A DNA stretch of 53,289 nucleotides, from the IMG/VR virus record IMGVR_UViG_3300033434_000393, positions 1 to 53,289 of that record, one strand, 5' to 3'. Every line of letters begins with the position of its first letter. Within the stretch, counting starts at the first letter, position 1. The position numbers and the translations under genes are program-made. The notes beneath the pieces were generated by a model. It was given only the letters and a program-made list of their open reading frames with translations, was not told the origin of the DNA and made no database searches. This document shows positions 48,743-53,289 of this stretch, one piece after another. The stretch is from a virus. Taxonomy: Duplodnaviria; Caudoviricetes.

Positions 48743-49160
48743 TGAAATTCCTCCTTACATTATTATTGCCGAATCCGGCCATTTTCATTTCTTCTTTTGC
48801 TTTACTTATGATCGTTACACACCATGAAAGCTGATGCGTTGCGGTACGGTTATTACGTTCACACCAATTGACCAGATAGCGTTCTTCTTTGCAGAGTGAG
48901 TTGACAAGCGCATTGACTGCCGTTGCTGTTGCCTTAGCTTCTTTTGCCGTATCTCGAAGCGTATTAAGGACCTCCGATCTCATTGCTTCATCAAGCCAAT
49001 ACTTAGCGTCTGCTAATAATTTGCCGGTACGGGCAACATATACAGCGAGGTCATTACCTCTTTGCACTGCTTCTTCAGCATTCTCACTCATTGTAATATT
49101 CAGGAACTTATCCATTTCGGTAAGCTCTGCTGTAATCCTGTCTTTCGGTGTGATAATCAT
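48735..49160 (-). CDS. Hypothetical phage protein
   Basis: 141 aa helical ORF in the recombination operon. Confidence 0.7.
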   Translation of the reverse strand: MIITPKDRITAELTEMDKFLNITMSENAEEAVQRGNDLAVYVARTGKLLADAKYWLDEAMRSEVLNTLRDTAKEAKATATAVNALVNSLCKEERYLVNWCERNNRTATHQLSWCVTIISKAKEEMKMAGFGNNNVRRNFNE

Positions 49161-49177
49161 ATCTTTTGTTTTAAAAA

Positions 49178-49840
49178 TTAAGCAAACAACATCCAGTACT
49201 TGAATGCGAGTTCGTCGTACTTCTCTTTACCTTTCAAATATATTTTGTCGCCTCTGTTTATGAAGATTTTAAAAACTTTGAGGTTCTTCTTTGAGATGGC
49301 GTAGATGAAATCCTTGTTGCTTCCTGCTATATCCATGTACCACGAGCGTGAACGGTCATAATCGAAATGATAAAAAGCTTCCATGAATTGTGAGGCTGTT
49401 TCGGCAAACGTAGATTTGAGGTCGCCGCCGAAATTGAAAGTGGGTAGCCACCAATCCCATTTACATCGTGTATCAAGAGTGTATGTGAAGTTGCCGTACT
49501 CAAATTGCTGATCTTTGTTGACCATAAATTTCTGAGTGTCTGATAACTCAAGAACTTTTGCCAAGAATTGGTCTTTGCGAGCCTCCATTCTAAGGGCTTT
49601 TTTCATTGCGTCGGCCAATTCAAAATCGTCCTGAGTATAGCGGATATTATCAACCATTCTTTTGAAGTAGTCAACACGATCCGCTTCTGTAATCATCGCA
49701 TCTATGAGAGTTCCGAACTTGAATGCCGCTTCCTTGTCTCCGTACTGAGTAGTCGGGTATAGGTAGTTTTTCAATTCAGTGAGGTCAGAATTACTAACCT
49801 CACTTCTGTCATAGTATGTATCAGGATTATTGCTAGCCAT
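49178..49840 (-). CDS. RecE/exonuclease VIII-like PD-(D/E)XK nuclease
   Basis: VSNSDL, FGTLIDA, RCKWDW...DLKST, YDRSRSWY. Confidence 0.75.
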   Translation of the reverse strand: MASNNPDTYYDRSEVSNSDLTELKNYLYPTTQYGDKEAAFKFGTLIDAMITEADRVDYFKRMVDNIRYTQDDFELADAMKKALRMEARKDQFLAKVLELSDTQKFMVNKDQQFEYGNFTYTLDTRCKWDWWLPTFNFGGDLKSTFAETASQFMEAFYHFDYDRSRSWYMDIAGSNKDFIYAISKKNLKVFKIFINRGDKIYLKGKEKYDELAFKYWMLFA

Positions 49841-49842
49841 TT

Positions 49843-51045
49843 CTATTTAGCTTTGACGTCCTCGACGTATTGTACGTAGCTTGATTTGATGTGCTCATCA
49901 TCCTTATTAGCTTTCTTTTCACAGAAAGTTATCATCTTCTTATGAATTTTTTCAAGCTCGTCAAGAGGAAGAGATTGTCCTTCATTCACCCACCACATCT
50001 GATAGATTTCAAGAATTCCCGCAGGATGTAGTATTTGAATCTTTTCCGTTACCTTAGCTTTAACCGGAGTTGGTGTGACAGTAGCGGCCGATACTTCAAA
50101 GAGATTGTTCATCTGACTAACCTGTGCGGCAGCAGTGGCAGACGCTTTTTGCTTAGCCTGTTCCTGTGATGCTTCGAGCTCGCGCTGCTTACGCTCTCTA
50201 TCTTCACGTTCTCTACGCTCCTGCTCCTTTTTCGCAGCTTCTTGTTCGTTGACCTTACGAAGCGCCTCAATTTCCATGATCTCTTTTTGTCGCGACGGCA
50301 AGCGATCAATGAAAGACTGCCTTAAATCCTCCATATCAAACTTGTATTGCTGAGCTAAAGATTCATATTTGCCTGTTGATAACTCCGTTTGGATATTGGC
50401 CTTTGTAATCGGATCAAGATAATACGTGGAAATCGTGTCTCTGAACATCTTGTAATGTTCGACCGGATATACGAGGGACCATTCCCTAATCATCTTGGCC
50501 TTCTCTGCAAAATTGGAATAATTGAGGCTTTCCCAGATTTGAGATAGTACACCCGATTTGCTATTGAAATAGTCATTGAAATGCTTGCTAATAGCCATTT
50601 CAAGAGAAGCCTTATATGTTACCTTTTCATTTTCAATATTCTGACGGCGAAGAGCTTCGGCTTGACGTTTTTTCTCTGCCTCCAACTTTTGTTTGGCATA
50701 TTGGTTTCGCATCGTTATTAGTTTGCCGGGAATCGATGTTACATCTTTAGGATCAATAGAGTTTTCAAGTGCTGTGAAAGTGCTGCGTACATGATCGAAT
50801 AACTGCGTAATAGGTTTACGACGTTCTTCCATGTTCTTTTGAGTTTTCTTGATGCGTTCTATGTAGATCGCCACGCTAGCATCTAACTCATCATTTAAAC
50901 CTCCGGCCGCTTCTATAGTGTCAAGTAAAGCTTGACCGGCATTAGTACTACCTTCTACGGATTGTTGATTACGTTGAAGCGTAGCAGGCGCATTCTGCAT
51001 GATAGAAGTAAATTCTTCAACTTTGATAAGTGCTGTTTCTGACAT
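49843..51045 (-). CDS. Coiled-coil phage protein
   Basis: 400 aa with ERRKPIT and an E/R/Q-rich coiled coil; between RecT and the exonuclease. Confidence 0.7.
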   Translation of the reverse strand: MSETALIKVEEFTSIMQNAPATLQRNQQSVEGSTNAGQALLDTIEAAGGLNDELDASVAIYIERIKKTQKNMEERRKPITQLFDHVRSTFTALENSIDPKDVTSIPGKLITMRNQYAKQKLEAEKKRQAEALRRQNIENEKVTYKASLEMAISKHFNDYFNSKSGVLSQIWESLNYSNFAEKAKMIREWSLVYPVEHYKMFRDTISTYYLDPITKANIQTELSTGKYESLAQQYKFDMEDLRQSFIDRLPSRQKEIMEIEALRKVNEQEAAKKEQERREREDRERKQRELEASQEQAKQKASATAAAQVSQMNNLFEVSAATVTPTPVKAKVTEKIQILHPAGILEIYQMWWVNEGQSLPLDELEKIHKKMITFCEKKANKDDEHIKSSYVQYVEDVKAK

Positions 51046-51069
51046 AATATCTTCGATTTTAAATTGTTA

Positions 51070-52017
51070 TTACCATCCTTCGTTTTCATCTGCCTGAGTA
51101 ACTGTTGCGGAAACTGTTGCGGGTTCCGGCTCCGGCTCTGTAGGGCCAAACGGTGCAACTACGGCCGGTTCCTGATTTACTTCCTCGGCAATACCGTAAT
51201 CTATCACTGCGGGTTCTTCCTCTATTGTCTCCATCACGGTGTATTGTCCTGTGCGTACCTTTGGATAGGCATCAAAAGCGTGCTTGATCATTTTATTTTC
51301 AAGGAATCCCGGATCAATACCTCCGTAATTAGAGGAATAGAGTTCATTTGCTTTTCCTTCTACTCTGTGACCATCTTTCCAATAGGAGTTATTCCTAGCG
51401 GAGAAGTTGGCCAGACGTTGTATATCGCCCTCTAGCAGCCATTGATAGTCTTCTGATCCATCCATGCGGACAATACGAATAAAGGCTCCTATGACCTTTG
51501 TTGATTTACGGGGTATGGCTGCCGAGTAAGTGATCTTCTTTACGCCATTTTCAAGGCCGATAGAAAAGATGTCTCCTTCGTAAATAACTATAGGATTGTC
51601 GGCATAACGAATCTGACCACATCGCATACGCATTGTGAGCTCTCCGTAACCAGTTACCGATACATTGGCTCTCTTTTCATATATGTCACGGTTATTTCCA
51701 TCCTTGTGCCCTGTCTTAACATTGCGAGGAATCAGGTAACAGTGCGGATGGCTTGTATTATCAAGGGATAAACCATTGACTGCAATGTCGAGGAAGCAAC
51801 CATATAACGACATCTTGCTACATTCGGCTACTGAAGGGTTTTCTCGGAGTATTTTTTGAAAGTTGAATACTTCTTTGTGGTAAATCTGTTCGCCCAACTG
51901 CGAGCCCCAGATGGCATTGTACATTTGAATAAACTTTTGCTCTACTTTTCCGTATTCGACAATCTTCGTTGCCGGAATATTACTGAATTCTTCAGCTTTG
52001 ATTTGAATTGCGTTCAT
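51070..52017 (-). CDS. recT: RecT-family single-strand annealing protein
   Basis: SLYGCFLDIAVNGLSL, CYLIP, YEGD motifs; near a RecE-like gene. Confidence 0.8.
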   Translation of the reverse strand: MNAIQIKAEEFSNIPATKIVEYGKVEQKFIQMYNAIWGSQLGEQIYHKEVFNFQKILRENPSVAECSKMSLYGCFLDIAVNGLSLDNTSHPHCYLIPRNVKTGHKDGNNRDIYEKRANVSVTGYGELTMRMRCGQIRYADNPIVIYEGDIFSIGLENGVKKITYSAAIPRKSTKVIGAFIRIVRMDGSEDYQWLLEGDIQRLANFSARNNSYWKDGHRVEGKANELYSSNYGGIDPGFLENKMIKHAFDAYPKVRTGQYTVMETIEEEPAVIDYGIAEEVNQEPAVVAPFGPTEPEPEPATVSATVTQADENEGW

Positions 52018-52039
52018 AAATATTTGATTTTAAAATAAA

Positions 52040-52267
52040 TTAATCTCCTGAGTACATCCCGAGAGCATACTCTCGCATTACACATTCATCTTCCAGAGTT
52101 GGAACATAGGGTTCTTTTCTGGTAGAGGGTAAACATACTTTTTTCATGTTGTCAAAAATTGCTTTTTGTCGAGCCTCTAATCTTCGCATTTCATCTTTCT
52201 TGTTGGCTTCTTCCATGCTTCTTTGAAGAGCTTCAAGCGCTGGTGATGATTTAGGTATATAGCTCAT
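52040..52267 (-). CDS. Hypothetical protein
   Basis: 75-aa ORF in operon context. Confidence 0.6.
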   Translation of the reverse strand: MSYIPKSSPALEALQRSMEEANKKDEMRRLEARQKAIFDNMKKVCLPSTRKEPYVPTLEDECVMREYALGMYSGD

Positions 52268-52272
52268 AGATA

Positions 52273-52572
52273 TTATGATTGAATAAGCTGTTGTATGATA
52301 TTGTCTGGAACCTTATTATGAATGTCGAGCATTGAAGCTGCAGTTTCTAGTTCGGAGCGCTTGACGTAATATCGTCCTCTTTCCTTATTTTTTGCCGGAT
52401 AGAATTTGATCCATGCTTTGTCGCGCCATTCTTTTACGAGGCGTTTGCCATACATTTTTTCCGCTTGTGATATTGTTATCACTTCCGGTAGTAGTCCAAG
52501 AGATTTCAATGTTTGGATCGTTCCAATCTTGATGCTCTCTGCAATAATCTTTTCTAAATAATTTTTCTCCAT
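52273..52572 (-). CDS. Excisionase-like DNA-binding protein
   Basis: ISQAEKMYGKRLVKEW...YYVKRSEL wHTH pattern. Confidence 0.6.
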   Translation of the reverse strand: MEKNYLEKIIAESIKIGTIQTLKSLGLLPEVITISQAEKMYGKRLVKEWRDKAWIKFYPAKNKERGRYYVKRSELETAASMLDIHNKVPDNIIQQLIQS

Positions 52573-52616
52573 ATCTTTGAATTTGTTTTTTAGGCTGTTT
52601 CTTTCGTGAGCTTTAT

Positions 52617-52678
52617 AGGGACTTGAGCTATTGTTAATACTACTTGATACGCATGTACATCGCTATGCTATGCTGCCT
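52617..52678. repeat. Patchwork copy of the 1323-1404 leader
   Basis: AGGGACTTGAGCT, TTGTT, ATACTACTT, ACGCAT and CTATGCTATG(C)TGCCT occur in the same order in both. Confidence 0.85.
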
Positions 52679-52691
52679 GTTATTTTTGATT

Positions 52692-53054
52692 TTAGAATTC
52701 ATATTCAGAGACTTCCTCAATTCTGTATCTCCTTACCCGTGCTCTTTTCGCATACTGAAAGTTTTGATCAATTGTAATTTGAAGAGAGATGAGAGCCAGA
52801 AAAGAAAGAGCGATTATTGATTTCTGCAATTGTTTGAAATCAATATTTAGAGCAAAAGCTCTATTTAGCCACCAAGATCCAAGTTCATTGAGTTTGCTTG
52901 TTCCTGTCTTTTTGTATGCATTATCGAGTTGGACATTAATCGTTCCGTATGCAGTGCCTAAACGATCAGCCATCTCTTTTTTTGCAAGACCGCATGCTGC
53001 TAAACCTGCGATCTGATTTTCACGCTTAGTGAGCAGGTTCGCTTTCAATTCCAT
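52692..53054 (-). CDS. LuxR-type HTH regulator
   Basis: LTKRENQIAGLAACGLAKKEMADRL...TINVQLDNAYKKTG. Confidence 0.8.
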   Translation of the reverse strand: MELKANLLTKRENQIAGLAACGLAKKEMADRLGTAYGTINVQLDNAYKKTGTSKLNELGSWWLNRAFALNIDFKQLQKSIIALSFLALISLQITIDQNFQYAKRARVRRYRIEEVSEYEF

Positions 53055-53289
53055 TGGATTTGTTTAAAGCATTTGCCGTCTCTTGAATATCTTGCAATGA
53101 TTCAAGATTTTCCTTGGCAAGCCTGTTGGCCTCGATCATGATTTTATTCTTAAAAGATGATCTTTTAGAAGCCGCCCGATCATTCATCACATTATTAACT
53201 GTAGCTATACTACAGCCTACTGCATTGGAAATAATCCTTTCATAACCGACCGGCAGATTTTTTTTAATCGTTCTTACTGCGTCATTCAT
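53026..53289 (-). CDS. Cro-like HTH protein
   Basis: IISNAVGCSIATVNNVM HTH; first visible gene of the leftward early operon. Confidence 0.6.
   Translation of the reverse strand: MNDAVRTIKKNLPVGYERIISNAVGCSIATVNNVMNDRAASKRSSFKNKIMIEANRLAKENLESLQDIQETANALNKSNGIESEPAH

Larger units (their letters stand above)
1..53289. mobile_element. Temperate siphovirus-like prophage of a Bacteroidota host (ends not visible)
   Basis: Integrase, replication, terminase, portal, capsid, tail, tape measure, lysis and recombination modules all present; no host housekeeping genes seen. Confidence 0.95.

Noticed and set aside
1323-52629. 13-bp direct repeat near both window ends read as attL/attR
   Set aside because: Excision would leave int, the LuxR-like and Cro-like genes behind. 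The gapped homology extending past the 13-mer and a third seed copy at 24958 fit a regulatory role better. A junction PCR would exclude it fully.

Overview
The window is most of a temperate siphovirus-like prophage from a Bacteroidota host. Host assignment rests on Bacteroidetes-type TAnnTTTG promoters, PcfK/PcfJ genes and a DUF5675-type lysin. Layout: tyrosine integrase (+); replication module (truncated HsdM-like MTase, phage DnaN clamp, PcfK, PcfJ, initiator with internal iterons, DnaC-like ATPase); sigma-like late regulator; packaging, head, tail and lysis genes (+), interrupted by AT-rich morons; a post-lysis cargo island; then a convergent early operon (-) with Cro-like, LuxR-like, Xis-like, RecT, RecE-like, SNF2 and VRR-NUC genes plus a tRNA-like RNA. 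No repressor or att sites were seen. The most notable signals are: (1) three distant intergenic leaders (about 1322, 24958 and 52617) share the seed AGGGACTTGA with polarities suggesting a trans RNA-RNA switch gating the replication operon; (2) an SMC/ABC ATPase, middle component and PD-(D/E)XK nuclease operon with a convergent m4C-type MTase; (3) a five-copy TTTATATTTTA late-promoter motif, each copy following a moron; (4) several small structured RNAs. All protein calls come from motifs and synteny read by eye, not database searches.
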